Assembly (NCBI GenBank): GCA_012295275.1
Contig: CM022670.1
Span: 19,096,001 to 19,160,000, forward strand
Reading direction: 5' to 3'
Length of the DNA stretch: 64,000 nt
Source of the DNA: Chrysomallon squamiferum
Taxonomy: Eukaryota; Animalia; Mollusca
Program-made: the position numbers and the translations under genes
Part shown: one piece after another, positions 1 through 13,763 of the stretch
Numbering within the stretch: position 1 is the first letter of the stretch
Layout of the letters: each line of letters opens with the position of its first letter
The notes under the pieces: generated by a model
What the model saw: only the letters and a program-made list of their open reading frames with translations
Databases searched by the model: none
What the model was told of the DNA's origin: nothing

Positions 1-1085
1 ACCAGTGACACTATTTCATGTTAAGAAAAAATATATTCTAATATTTTTAAATAATCTATTTTTTAATAAAAAAAATATCAAAAAAAGGGAAAATTACAGT
101 GATATGAAAAAATTATATGCTTTCATAACATAATTTAATGGCACTTCATTTTGTGATATTAATATCTAATTATTGTTAATTGTATGTTCAAAAATACTTT
201 AGAAATATATAATATTTATACATTTTCAGCATGCATTTTACAACAATGAAAGTAAATATGTTTGGATTTTTTCCTTAATTCTTCACTCTACATAAATAGT
301 GTTAAGATCCGTTAATGTGTGCTTGAGAGTGTATTGCAAATGACAAATAATAAAGATAGTAACAGAAATGTAATGAATAAACCACAACCAAGAGGATGAA
401 TATAACTAAAAGACATGAACAATTGTTTTATGTCTAAAATCACTGCAATTCTTGTATATTCTGAAATTGTTGAACAATGTTAATAAACAGAAACATTTAA
501 ATTTTGGTTTCCAATATTAAAATAAAAAATTAAATTATCATAAACAAGAATACCACTGTATGTCATATTAGAAATCATGTTTGCAATACATTTTGCATTT
601 AATACTTTTATTTTATTCTTCTAATAATGAAATCAGTATAAATTGAAATATTTTGTGATTTAGGACAGGGGTTTCTCTATTTGAGAATGTATTTATATTA
701 TGTAACTTGTATTCTTGGATCTGATATTAATATAAACGGCTTATTAACCAGATAAGCAGCATCAGTAGTTTTTGTTTTTTGTTTTTGTTTCTTTTTAATT
801 TCAGTGAAGATATTAAAAAGAAACTCTGTGTTTTTAAAATAACTTTTGTTCAAAATTTTCCATCACAACCTCCAAAATAAAAAAATATTAAAACAACAAT
901 TTTTATTTAGTTGTTAATATATTTTATCAAGCAAATGTAATAAAAAATGTTGTGCTCAATATGCATTTATGTAATATAAACAGGTATATTTGGGTTAGGA
1001 ATGAATATTAAATAGACATTTAATATTATAATAGACAGATTAAATGCAAAACATGATGACTGAATGAGGAGGGATGATCGCATAC

Positions 1086-1127
1086 CGACAGAGTCTTTGT
1101 CATTCTCTTTTTCTTCATCACCACTAT
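1086..1127 (-). CDS. JIP3 42-nt symmetric micro-exon [14 protein letters not shown]
   Basis: Acceptor catgttacag, donor G|gtatgc, phase 1-1, purine-rich and open in frame. Confidence 0.7.
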
Positions 1128-4100
1128 CTGTAACATGACAACATTAACATCACACACATGCTTCAAAACATGCTTAACTTAAACAAAGTGGGTTGTCATT
1201 TGCAAGGAAAGTTGAAAATCATAATATTAGAACTATTCAAGGATGAACAATAACAACTAATATATAACTAAAAATATGTAACATTTTGTATGTAAATTAT
1301 TAAATTTAAAATATCCAGAAAGGCAATATGAAATTAAAATAAATTAATCGTGGAACCTTGATTACAGAACTTATCAGGTATCTGAACACTGCCATTCATT
1401 AATAAACAAACAAATACTTTATTATGACCTGATTGTACTGGAGACTCTTAGTTATATACTGATTTCCAATGTAGTGCTATCACAGCAATAATCCATTATA
1501 ATAGACAATACAGCTTTCTACTTCTGTCCAAACGTTTTTAAAATCTGCATGTATAGTTGCAATAATGGTGTTTAATATAACTAACGTTTGCATAACCAAT
1601 TAAATATTAGTTAATAAACATTTATTATCCAAAATAAAAATTTTAATCAGAACTAAATTAGATAAATAATAATATTTCAAATGTTAAAGTAGTAAAAACA
1701 TCTCTTAATTTAGCAAAAATTTAATTTCAGATAGAAAATAATTACTATAAACAACAGAATCACAAAAACAATAATCCCCCAAATTGAACTACATTCTAGA
1801 TTCTGGGACTGAAATGTTTTTTTCTTGTCTTTTTTAACAAATAAATAAATAAACAAAAATTTATAATTCTTCCAGGTTTACTTATGCAAATTTTGAAACT
1901 TGGGTGATTCAATGCAAACAGACATGATGATGAGAAAAGAAACAAAAATAATAACAACTCATTAAAACAACATCAAAACAACAATACAAAATGTTTTCTT
2001 AAAGCATCTTTCAATAAGAACTAATTTTTATTATTTATTTTGATCAATATAATACCTACACTTTCTTTTTTATTTATTATATTTATCTTTTCATAATCAC
2101 AAATCCAAAACTTCAGTTAAATGTGCTAAAGATATTAAATAAGCCAACAAAGGGATCATTACTGGTATCATATAATGGTAATTAGGTGTTATTATTATTT
2201 ATTGGCTAAGCAACAGGTGCAAGAAGCTGATATGACCTGTGAATAAGAATAGTTTTATTCTGTTTTTAATTTTTTTAATTTCAGAAGCATAATTTTGGAC
2301 TAATGGGTATGTTCAAGCCTGTGCTTTTATCATTTCAAAAAGTTCATTTATTCAGGTCTCATTTTTTTTTTCCATTAAATTTAAAGAATATGTGAACAGA
2401 TAAGAAAAAAATCAAAAGAATAATGAACACAAACAATAAACTAGAAAAAACTGAAGCTCTAATAACTATGATTTATACTATAATAGAAAAGTTCATTAGT
2501 TAACAGATATCCATGCAATAGTTGGATTATTACTGAAATAAAAGGCTTCTGATACAACACAAAATGCACTATACATAGTTATCTACCCTTCCCTATACTT
2601 GCCTGTTGATGCAAATTCTGCTGGATTCACACCTCGTCCTGAAGTCATTGAGGCAAAATTATTACTAGCTTATGTGCTAATTTATATATTAATTACTCTG
2701 ACTGGCATAAGACATTTACAAATTATGTCTATATATCTATACATATTTAGTTTGTCTATCCATATGCATTTATGTCATTAATTTGTTAAATTGTTGGTTA
2801 TAACCAAATCTTAAATCATATAAAAATAACCTGAATAAAAGTTATTTGACATTAGGATTTATTGTGCATATTAATTTATGGCTGCCTATAATTTTATTTT
2901 CACTTGCTTTTTTAATGGTATGATTGTATATGTCTTATAGTATAAGTGTGTTTCTTCTAAAGACAGATGTAATCATTTAATTAACATATCAATTACCTCA
3001 TGCTTATTAATCATGTTATTGGGTTATAACAATAACTACAACAATACAAATACAAGTCCAAAGTTAATTTACTTAACATTTATCTCAAAAACAAAAATAA
3101 AAAACATACCTGTAACATCAGCACCAAAATCACCCATGTCAGCACCTTGTGTGGATAACTCATCAAATATGGAGTTGTCATTTCTCCTGAAAAAAAATTT
3201 GATATTTAAATAATGTAGAAATAATATATCTTACCAAAACAAATGTTAGTGTCAAATTTAATATCCAAATAACAGTTCTGGGATTGTCACCAATTTATGA
3301 TAAAACAATGTAAATGAAATATTTTATTTTAAAATTATGATGATAACATTAAATTTGCATTAAAAGCATCAGCTATACATAGATTAACAGATTAAAAAAA
3401 ACCGAATGGAATATCACTTTATATACAAACCTAGGAGCTCTTGTATTATTAGAATTGGATAGCTGACTCTCATAAGAATCATCATCAAGTTCTGGAGTGG
3501 AGGCAACTATATTTTGTAAAGTTCGAGATAAATCTGAAATAAGCAAAACTTCTATTTCATTTATCTACAAGGCTGAAACAAGAAAATTGTTTATCATAGT
3601 CTGACGTGTAAAACAGTTTCAATTTATGGGATATAAGGAATGAATATAATAAAAAAAAACTTAATAACATCTGAATTTTATATTCTGCAGTCAATATGAG
3701 AAAAAAAAAAAAAAAGTTATTAGAAAAAACAACAAAATAAAAACAATCACCTTTAAGCAAATCAATACACCATTAACTTACCAGAAGCAAGGATATCCAT
3801 GAATGCCAAAGGAAAAAAGAAAAATGCATGAAGTATTAGAAAAATTTAAAAATCAAAAACATTACCTCCAGCAATTATTTTGCCATTTTATTTTATGGGT
3901 TTGTTAATAATTTCAAATAAAGCTTTGTTGTTTTGTTTTTAATTTTAATTGTTGTTTTTGGTAATATTTTTTTGGAGTAGACCAAAAAAGTTGATAAATA
4001 TACAGTTGTGGTTATTACCTCACACGATATCAAACATAATCCTTTTACTTTTGGTTAAAACAAAATGGCAAAATAAAAGTTAACAATAAGCAACAAATAA

Positions 4101-7100
4101 AGCCACCATTTTACCATGCAAAGCTCACCAGACCTATCTACTCACCAAAACCTAAATTGAGATGGTGTTCTTCAAAGCCATCATCAGAACTTAAACGCTG
4201 GAAATATTTGACATCTGTGTTTTTTCCCTGTGTATCACATTCCATAGTTTGAGTATTTGGCACAGTGCTATCACTTTTTTGACTAATATGCAAGTCATTT
4301 TGTACAATTTGTGGCTCAGTCTGTTGTGCATTTGTGGGTTCAACAGTTGCATGAACTCTCATTTGGACTTCATCACTGCCTGAGACATCTTGTGTGTTAG
4401 GTGTAGTTGTACAAGTAGTAGTAGTTGGAGTGTCTGAGTGTTCTAATAAATAAGTAGCAACAACAGAAACAAAACAGAAAATAAAATAAAATAACCAACA
4501 ACCAACAATCAAAAATTTTGAAAGAATACATTAATACTTGTCATACACCAAAACAGTTATCTAAAAAATATTTTTGCTTATCACATATTTAACAACAGTC
4601 ATGCATCAATACATAAATAATGTCATAACCTATTAACATGTCTATCATTGGAATGACAAATATAGTGCAGCTAGTGGCAACAGTAGTGACCTTGCTGTTT
4701 TACAAACAAAAATTATCAGGTCATATTATTTTTCATTCTTTAAATAAAAAAGTTTGAATTATTTTTATTATTGTTATTTACTTATTTTTTTATTTTTAAA
4801 TGGTTACTACTATTGCCATTAAAATATCTAATGTGACAAAAAAGTATATAAATCACAATAACAAGTTCATCTTTTTTTTAACTGTCAGTTTATCATTTTA
4901 GGCTTGGTATCATGATACACAGTATTTAATCAATATCCCATTTATTTACTATTTTAAGATACTATTTTATTTTAGAAAGTTCATTAGTTTTATTAATATC
5001 CATGAACAAAGACTTAAACTTAATATGTTGTTTACATCCATAAAACTAATTTGTTTTAGCTAATTATATGGTATTTAAAACTTTTCTGAATGGTCCATTG
5101 TTGATGCATGTGGGATCACATACTGGGTTGATGCATGCGGGATCACAAGATCTATGATATTCAGTCAAGCTTAGTTAATCTGTTACAATAATTCTAGTTA
5201 TAACTAATTGTGCATGAGGTGACTATTGATTGTGGAAAAGTAATAACAATTTTGCTAAACAAACTTTATCCAAAAAAAAAAAAAAAAAGTTCATTATTTA
5301 GTTGCCTATTTAAATACACATACATGAATGTTAGATCTTTTTCATATTGCGTTGTAAATATTCCAGACAATGACTAAATCATAACAAAAGAAAACCATTA
5401 AATGTAAGAAAGATTATCCCTGCTTTTGAAATATTCTTTAAAAACTGATGGATCTAAAATCAAAACTACAATTAAACTGCAGCACGTCTTAGATTTAAAT
5501 ACAATTAGTATTCACTATTATGAGACAGGCAGAATGTGTTGATCAATCAACAAAGACTAATCAGAACATGGAATCACACAATGATGTTACAACTGCTAGA
5601 CACTTGCAAGTACAACAGAATTGTTTTGTTATGCCAGTGTCTACATTCTTAGTGAAAAGGATGTGAAATACCCTACACTCCATGTATGATACATTCATGA
5701 CTAATTCTAAATAAAAGATGGCAAAGTAAGATAAAAACAAGATCAGTCATTTTTGAATTCTGCTCTGCAATAATGTCATACAAGTCACAACGTACCATAA
5801 AATGCCTAGTGTCAGTGTACCATTTAATAATGAATGGATACATCAATATTTTATCAGTGAAAGAAAGAAAAGAAAAACTTATCTGAATTTTTGTTACATC
5901 TTTTTCCTTGAAAGTATTTTATTTCAAATATTTATCTGATTTAAACAATGGCAGACTGCCAACATTAATTAATCATTTTTAAAGATTAAATAATGAGGGA
6001 ATCAGCAATAAAACAAATATTGAACTTTTAAAAACTGACACATAATTGTATAAATATTGTGTTTTTAAAGATATTTAGTTTGAAAACAATGAAAACTGTA
6101 ACTGGTATTTATAATCTACATCTAATTTTATAAGACTACAGATATAAGAACAGACATTTATATTTCATTAGTGATAGAACAATTTAAAATTTTTTTACAT
6201 TACTTTGCTTTATTATTTAATAAAAAAATATTAATAATAATAAAAAAAATAAAATAAAAAGAGAACAGCCTGTATATCATAACAGTTCCAACAGAGTTCA
6301 TTTAGCTAAATACCACATCTTGCAGAGTCTTGCAATGGTTTATATCACTTTTAACTAGTGAATGTAAATTCCAAATGATTCTAACAAGATAACTTCTGAC
6401 ACTAGTGTTACTGTAACCTCTTTTCCACATTACATCTGTCAGCTTTCATCATTTCATGATACTGCACAACACACAAGCATGGAAGCTAAGCTAAAAGACC
6501 TGTGATAAATGACATCATGCTAGTCCAAGAATGATCAATACACTACCATCTTCACCTCTTAAGTATCAGCCTAGTGTACAATAAACATTTTGATTCTAGG
6601 AAAAATGTCACAGAAAAAAAAACACAGGTAAAAAAGTCATAGGAATAAAGTCACAAATTTTAATTAAGATTGAAAAATATATTAGAAATGAAAGACAGAT
6701 CAAACATATTTTGTCAGAGTTTTTTGTTAATGTTCTTTGATTTTAATGTTAGTGGTTTAAGTGGATGTTCCATGATGAAATTCTGCCAATTACAACTACA
6801 ACTTTGTTTGGTATACATGAACCCATCAAACAGATTTTATATAGTTAAACACATTTTAACCTGGGACATTTTATTATTCATTTACAATAGGAAGCATTTA
6901 GTTTAAATCTATCCTAATCAGTAAGCTAGACCTGATCCTGCTAACAGATCCTAATTAATAAGTGTAACAAGTCACCACCCCTGCATAATATGAAGCCTCT
7001 TTCTTTAATCTAGTCTAATCAATAAACTTAACAATTACCCCATGCATACTCTACAAACCCATACATTTTGTGACTTTTTTTCCTGTACTAAATTGTAACT

Positions 7101-10100
7101 TTTTTCTATAACTTTTTTCCAGCCACTAACATTTTAATGTAACATGACTGAATCAGTTATAACAAATAACTTTGTTCCAAATTGAAAGCTATGCTAAAAG
7201 TATAGAAATAAATGACATCACACCACAATTATTAAAATATAACCATGTATCTTATAAAGATATTTATATTTTTGTATAATGAATGTGTAACTATTGTGTG
7301 ACCTATTTGGAAATAACAGATAAGCTAATTCTAAACAAAATTCATTGCAGCAAATCCTTTGCAATGCATTCATCAATATATAAAAATGGAATATCTAATT
7401 CAAAATTCTCTATGTGTTGTCACCTGTTGAAAATAATTATGTTTCATACAATACTGTGATTTCAAAGTTTTGTTAATCTAATAATCTACTTGGGTGCAAC
7501 AATGTTCATGTAAACAATTGTTTAGATTTGTCTTTATTATGAGGAAAAAAATAATAAGTTTATTTTTAATGAAACGTATTAGCTAAATAACTGATTGTTA
7601 TATATATTTTTTTAATTTTAAATTTATTTTAATACTGTAAATTTTAATAAAAAATAATAAATAAAACCTTTTAAAAATGTGGTAAACCTATATAATCTGG
7701 TTCTTTATTACATAGTCTGAAAAAGTTATAATTTTATTATTATTATTATTTATTTATTTATTATTTTAACTGTTATTTTAACTATTTAGTTATTGCTTTA
7801 TATTTAATTTTTCTCTCTCAGTAAATTTGTTTTATAATATAATTCAGATTCAGAACCAAAAAAAAACAAATGAAGACCCCCCCCCCACCAAAAAAACCAT
7901 CCAATCATTCATGTAAATGAATTCCAACATTAAATTTTTTGGTGTTGTTTTTGTTTTTTTCACTGGTATGCATCATTTTTAAAATAATTCATTAACATTT
8001 TTACCCCCCCAAATATAAATTAAAACAATTTTATTATTAATTGCTGCTATCAAAAGTTGTCAAATTTGTAAAAAAAAAAAAAAAAAAAAAAATATATTTA
8101 TTATTATTATTATTATTTTTAATGTCTTAATTTAGTTAAAACAGGTTCATTCAGATCAGAAAACTGATACTTCTTTTCTGTGTACAACTGTAATGTAAAC
8201 CATAATGTTAAAAATCAAGAAAAAAAAACTTTTCTTTCAATGTAATTTAAGAAATTACAGTCAGCAGCTTCTGTAGCAGATATTTTAGGTTCTTTCAAAA
8301 AGACTGTAGGCTACATTAACACCAAAAGCCAAAATCTGAAATTAGTGGCTAATTGCATTACCTTCCTTATCTTCTGTAAACATTACAAGTGAAGGGTACG
8401 ATCAAATTACCTAGCTAGACCTGTACTAAAACATGTTAATAAAATGGAAGTTCTAAAATAAACTGATAAGCTATGATGCTTCACTTTCAAAATTTTACTT
8501 TGAAAAATAATTATGGACAGCTATTATAGTTTTATATGTTTAGTTGTCAAAGAAATAATCACTAAAATTTCAACCTTAAATATCAAAATAGATTAAGAAT
8601 GTTACAGAACAGAAGATATACGGTACAATTTTACTTAACATTTTAATATTAAAAAACATCTTTTGCACAATTTTTTTTTTCTTTTTTCATTACACAGACC
8701 ATTATAAAATAATTAAATTTCAATGAAATGCAACAAGGTTATCTCAAAAAGAAAAAACACCATGCCTGTCAACATTTTTTTTTTTTCCAGATGAAATTTT
8801 TTCGTGTATCTACTAAGAGTATAAAAGGTGCTAAATGGTACTGCTACAATGGTTATGTAACACTTATGTAACTGTTCACTAACAAGCCCACCAGGGAAGA
8901 TCAACCTTTACACTGATGACTATCTTCAAGATGTGATTCTATTACTCAACAAACTACTGTGCCACAAATTATGGAATTTTAAAATAGTATTTTGCCTTTC
9001 TTCATAATAACCACAATGATACTAATTAAAAACATTTATAAGTGACCTCTACAACAAATAAAGTTTCTGGCATAATTAGAATGTAAAAACAACTTTAATT
9101 CCTAATATACAACCTATAATTATTTGAGGGTAAATACATTCAAGAATATATTTTGCATTTCTTCACAATGACCATAATGTTAATAATTAAAAATATTTAC
9201 ATGCTGAACTCAAGGAATAAAATTTCTGGTTGGATCAGAATTTTAAAAATACTTTATTTTCTAACATTTGACTATATAATCATTTGTGGGGACAAACATT
9301 TAAGAAAAATAAAGAGTTGTTTATATCATCCAGAATTATATTTTGTCAAATACTGAGATACATATATAAATAAATCTAGTTTCAAGATAAAACCAAAATA
9401 AATTATGAATATCATTTCAGAGCAACACAGTGTTTCATATGCATATTATGATGTGTTTGAAACTTCTTTCATAAAAGTACTTTGAATATACATTTCACCA
9501 AGTAAACAAATAATATTGTTAAGACTTGTAGGCTAAATGCAGTTTTGTATAGAATAGTTATATTTTGTCTGCAAGGCATTTTGTCTGTATTCAATATGAA
9601 ACACCCCTATCTACAAGTTATCTGAATGCTGGGTCTCGTTACAGTATGTATATATGAAATGATATATGTAACGAAGTTTTTAAAATTATTTGTTGTATAA
9701 CAGTAAATGTAACTGATCGGTAATTATTTTTAACACTAAAAAAATAATAAACAGCTTACAAATTTAATTATTATTTCTAAATGAAAACCAAAACCACTTT
9801 CAGATTTTTGAAAAGCATTACATAAAATATAGATGTCAACATTATTTATAAGCATCCCAAAATTTATAATCGAAAATGTCATATACAGTTAATATACAAA
9901 TTTCCTTTTCATAATATTTATAAATGTATTGTCAAAAATGTTCTTTTCCTTTTTTAAGTTCACAGTTAATAAAGTGTGATATATAGAAACAAATTTATAA
10001 TACATTTTATTATCACAATCAGTGTGCCTTTATTAAAAAATAGTAAGAAGGAACCAGCATGGATGAACTTGTCATTGTAATAATTATATGCCAAAATAAC

Positions 10101-12992
10101 AGTTGTAAAATGACAATACAGAACATAAATGAACAACACAACAAAAGGCAGTGAATAAACCTTGTATTATACAATCATAACGACTAAGACATAAGCTAAT
10201 GGCTGTTATATTCAGTTTCTGTGTGAACTTTTTTTTTATAACACACAAGAAATTATTTACAATGTAACAAGTTAAAAAAGAAAAAAGACTCAACAAAGTT
10301 TTTTTTTTCTCTTTTCCAGCAAGCCATTAGATATGTCTTAGTGTTACAATTTAAAACATTATTTATTATACACTTGCAACAACATACTTAAACAGATCAC
10401 TGTTTGAACAACAAGTCAAAGCACCAGTCATAAAGCAGCTAGGATGTTAGGGAGTTTGTAATATAAATTAAGTTACTTGAATACCAGTGACCAGTGGAAT
10501 AAAGAAATGCTTTATAATTTGGATATGGGTGATGCATGCAGTACTTCACCCAGCAAAAATTTAACAAGCAACAAAAAATATGTAATATGAATATAATATA
10601 GAGAAAGAGAGAATTTTTTAAAAAGTAGAAAAAAGATGATAATCAGGCTTAAAAAAATTAAAATTGTGGTGAATGCTTGAAATATACAGAAAGCAATTTT
10701 TGTTATGTTAATGTGAGTCAGTGAGAGAAATAGGACGGAGCTGATAAGAGAATTGTAAAATTAGGATATACGAGGACATTTATCAGCACTATGAAATTAG
10801 GTACATTGTCTCAAGCCATCATATTTATATATGAAATTTCATATATTGTGGGATGGTGAAGGCTAAAGTGTGGTTGATTATACTGAGTATTTGGTGGTTT
10901 CACAGATGGGATGCAATATGGAACTAATCTAGGCAAACGTCTACAAGAATACTTTTTCATACTTGTGCTTGTGGTTGTACTTTGCTCAGTGACATTAATA
11001 TTATCCGTGAGCTGGCTTTTGTCACTAGTCTGTCGAGTCTGGTTCTCCTTTGGTGTGGCTGGTGAGTCTAGATCACTGAGCTCACTTTTCAGGCTAACAT
11101 TGGAATCCCGAGTACTGTGTGGTGACATCAGATCAAATGGCATAGGACTATTATCACCCTGGCTAGGAGAGCTCTGCACAAACATACTTACTGGTCTAAG
11201 AGATGGCAGCTGGATACCACCCCTGAAATTAAAATTGAAACCTGAGTTTAAAATATACTCATCAAAAATTAATATATATTCAAAATAGAATATACTGAAA
11301 ATAAATTTTAAAATATTCACAAGAGTCAAACACAGCAAAATAATTTAAACTGATAAATATATGAATCCAAACATCATCTTGCACTGCTTTAAATATTTAA
11401 ATATTACAATACTGAAAGTAGCAATTTTTATTCTTAACTTATATCATTCAAAGTACGTGTTAAATATTCATTTATTATGAAATAAAAACAAGTCTTGTGA
11501 CTGACTCACCTGGACCGTTGATTATTTCCAGTTATTTCTGAAAGTTTATCTGTTCCCATCAAAATTTTTGTTCTTTCCATATAGTCCATATGTGTCTTAA
11601 ATAACTAAATGTAAAAATAAATTAAAACTTATTTCAAAAAAATGTAAACAAAAAGGGACAAAATGCAAAAATCATTTGGAAATACATAAATTACATAACA
11701 GTAATTGTGTTTGAACATTATTTTTTTTAAATATTAATTTCTTCTTTTTAATACTTAACTAGGAAAATATTTAAAACACTTTAAAAGAAACAAACTACTT
11801 ATCCATACAGAATAATGACTAATTAAGTTACCTCAGTATATCTTTCATGTAACTTGCTGTATTCCTTTTTCATTTCTGCTTCTTTTTCTTCCAGCCTAGA
11901 TACTGTAATAAAATGTATAATACTGATATAACAGGAAACTGCCAATAAACATGAATGAATTTAAAAAAAATTTAAAAAAAATTGTATTATTATATTTTTT
12001 TTAGGCAACAACTACTCATTAATATATACAGCATGTTAATTAATTTTAAAGTTGCCTAAAAGTAATTTAAACAATATCAATAAAAGTAGGAACACCATTA
12101 AATTGTTCTATCAGTATTAGTTTATAGCAACTTTTTATGTATTTATCTGACAATCAACTTCATGTATCAGTGTATTATTCACTTATCTGGCTGTACTTTT
12201 ATGGATCAAAATACTACTGCTGACAGAACAAAACGAATAAATAAATAAATAAAATTTAATTACTTATAATGAAATGTTTTTTGAGTATATAACCAAAACC
12301 AAAATAGTTTTCTTACCATGGTCTGCAGCATTCTTTGATTTCAGTTCAAGCATTCTTACAATGGACTCTAAACTTTCTATTTTTTCTTGCAAGTCCTTTT
12401 TCTCTCCTTCAACCGAATCTTCCATTTCGAGATATTTCTTTAAATATAAAAATTATTATTTGTTAATAATGTGCAAATTATGACATAATCAATATTTTTT
12501 TAATTTATATTACTGAGGGGTGCAATTAAATAATTTATTATTTCAATTTTTGAAAATTTAGACCAGGTCGATTGTATTCTTTCTGTAAACTCAAATATTT
12601 CATCCTACTTTTCCCAGAAAAACCTTTTCTCCAACAAAAGATTATCATCTGGCAATACAAACTAATAATATTATTTAATTATCATTAAACTGAAATTAAT
12701 ATACCTGTTCCGCAGCTTTTCGGAGTTGTTTTTCCCTTTCATATTGTGTGAGCAATTGTTCGTTGTCATCTCTTAATAATTCTATCTCAACTTCTATCTC
12801 GCCTTTTTCAGCGTAAGCAATGTCAAGATTTTCTAAAATTCCAACAATCAGCGGCATAAGTTCTTTTACTACATCTTCGTCATATTTCTTTATCATCCTT
12901 TCAAATTCTTGATAAACTGTGTTCGCAAGACTTGTCACTTTTTCAGACATGATATGTCCTTCCTCGTTGGTTCCATATACTGTTTCCGCCAT
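1086..12992 (-). CDS. MAPK8IP3: JNK-interacting protein 3/4 (JIP3/JIP4, sunday driver/UNC-16) homolog, 5' part; gene continues left of the window
   Basis: Phase-consistent exons: 12992-12705 ([73 protein letters not shown]1 domain), 12437-12317, 11902-11832, 11604-11510, 11222-10963, 4442-4146 (cassette?), 3533-3431 (IVASTPELD), 3186-3110 ([18 protein letters not shown]), 2638-2603 (GC donor), 1127-1086. Motifs match the JIP3/SPAG9 family. Likely co-ortholog of MAPK8IP3 and SPAG9. Confidence 0.95.
2603..2638 (-). CDS. JIP3 36-nt symmetric micro-exon (G)[11 protein letters not shown]
   Basis: Acceptor tgcctcaatgacttcag, phase 1-1, donor ACAG|gcaagt (GC type), open in the JIP3 frame. Confidence 0.65.
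6598..7117. mobile_element. Degenerate MITE-like element with inverted sub-terminal tandem repeats
   Basis: Left arm has units like ggaaaaatgtcacag/aaaaaagtcatagg/aataaagtcacaaa (6598-6658). Right arm has the reverse-complement units tttgtgactttttttcctgt/tgtaacttttttct/taacttttttcc (7067-7112). No ORF between them. Confidence 0.5.
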
Positions 12993-13763
12993 TTTTGTAG
13001 AGTAAAATGTCTTGTACCACAACAAGTTTAAAATGTAATGTTCTTAAAGAATTGCAATGATCAGCCTGGCGAAGGAAAAAAAATGTACAGAAATGGTAAC
13101 TCTTGTATCATCTCTCGCTTTTTGACACATATCACCCACCATATTGCAGAAGCAAAAATATGGGTCATGTGATCAACCGGACATGCGTAGAAGTGAACCA
13201 ACTCATCAATATTGTTATCACAACAACATTAAATTTTGTTTCATTAGGAAAATTAGAAATATAAACATTAATTAACACTTTGGAAATACTGTTTTTGTTT
13301 TTGTTGCATTTACAGCTTTGAATAATGCCGCGTAATCCTCTTCAGAAAATACAAATTACTTGTTTGTTTTTTCAATTTACATTTACAATTACAGTTTACA
13401 TCCAAACGTACCTGAAAATGCACCACATACGAAGATATATATGTTGAAAAAATAACAGAAACGATAACTAGAAAACTGTATTTAATATATATTTCTGTCG
13501 ATGTTTATTAAATTTTTAAAATATTAAAATGTATTTTAAGAAATGGTAGTTTAAAAAAATCAAACTGACTTGTTGCATTAATATTGTTATTGTTACTGCT
13601 GCTTCTACTATTATCAGTACTACTAGTAATACTAGCTATAGTAGTAGAAGTAGACTTGTTGTTGTTGTTGTTGTAATCAAATGACATTAAAGAACATTGG
13701 TTGTCCAGAAAGCTATTTAACTTTCTAGTACGTGAGGCGATAAAAGACATCATAACAAATAAA
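12993..13763. promoter_or_regulatory. Bidirectional promoter between JIP3 (-) and AtuA-like (+)
   Basis: Start codons diverge about 770 bp apart. Local CpG enrichment, GTCATGTGA E-box near 13164, and YY1-like AAAATGGC motifs overlapping both start codons. Confidence 0.65.

Noticed and set aside
5099-5147. Two copies of gttgatgcatgYgggatcaca as a CRISPR-like or regulatory array
   Set aside because: Only a two-unit local tandem duplication in a eukaryotic intron
6400-6480. Possible extra JIP3 exon after tgtgttgtgcag
   Set aside because: Stop at the second codon in the required phase and no convincing donor
10911-11288. 125-aa plus-strand ORF
   Set aside because: Antisense shadow of a JIP3 exon. 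The same applies to 49999-50196, 50934-51242, 58877-59068 and 63436-63684 for their host genes.
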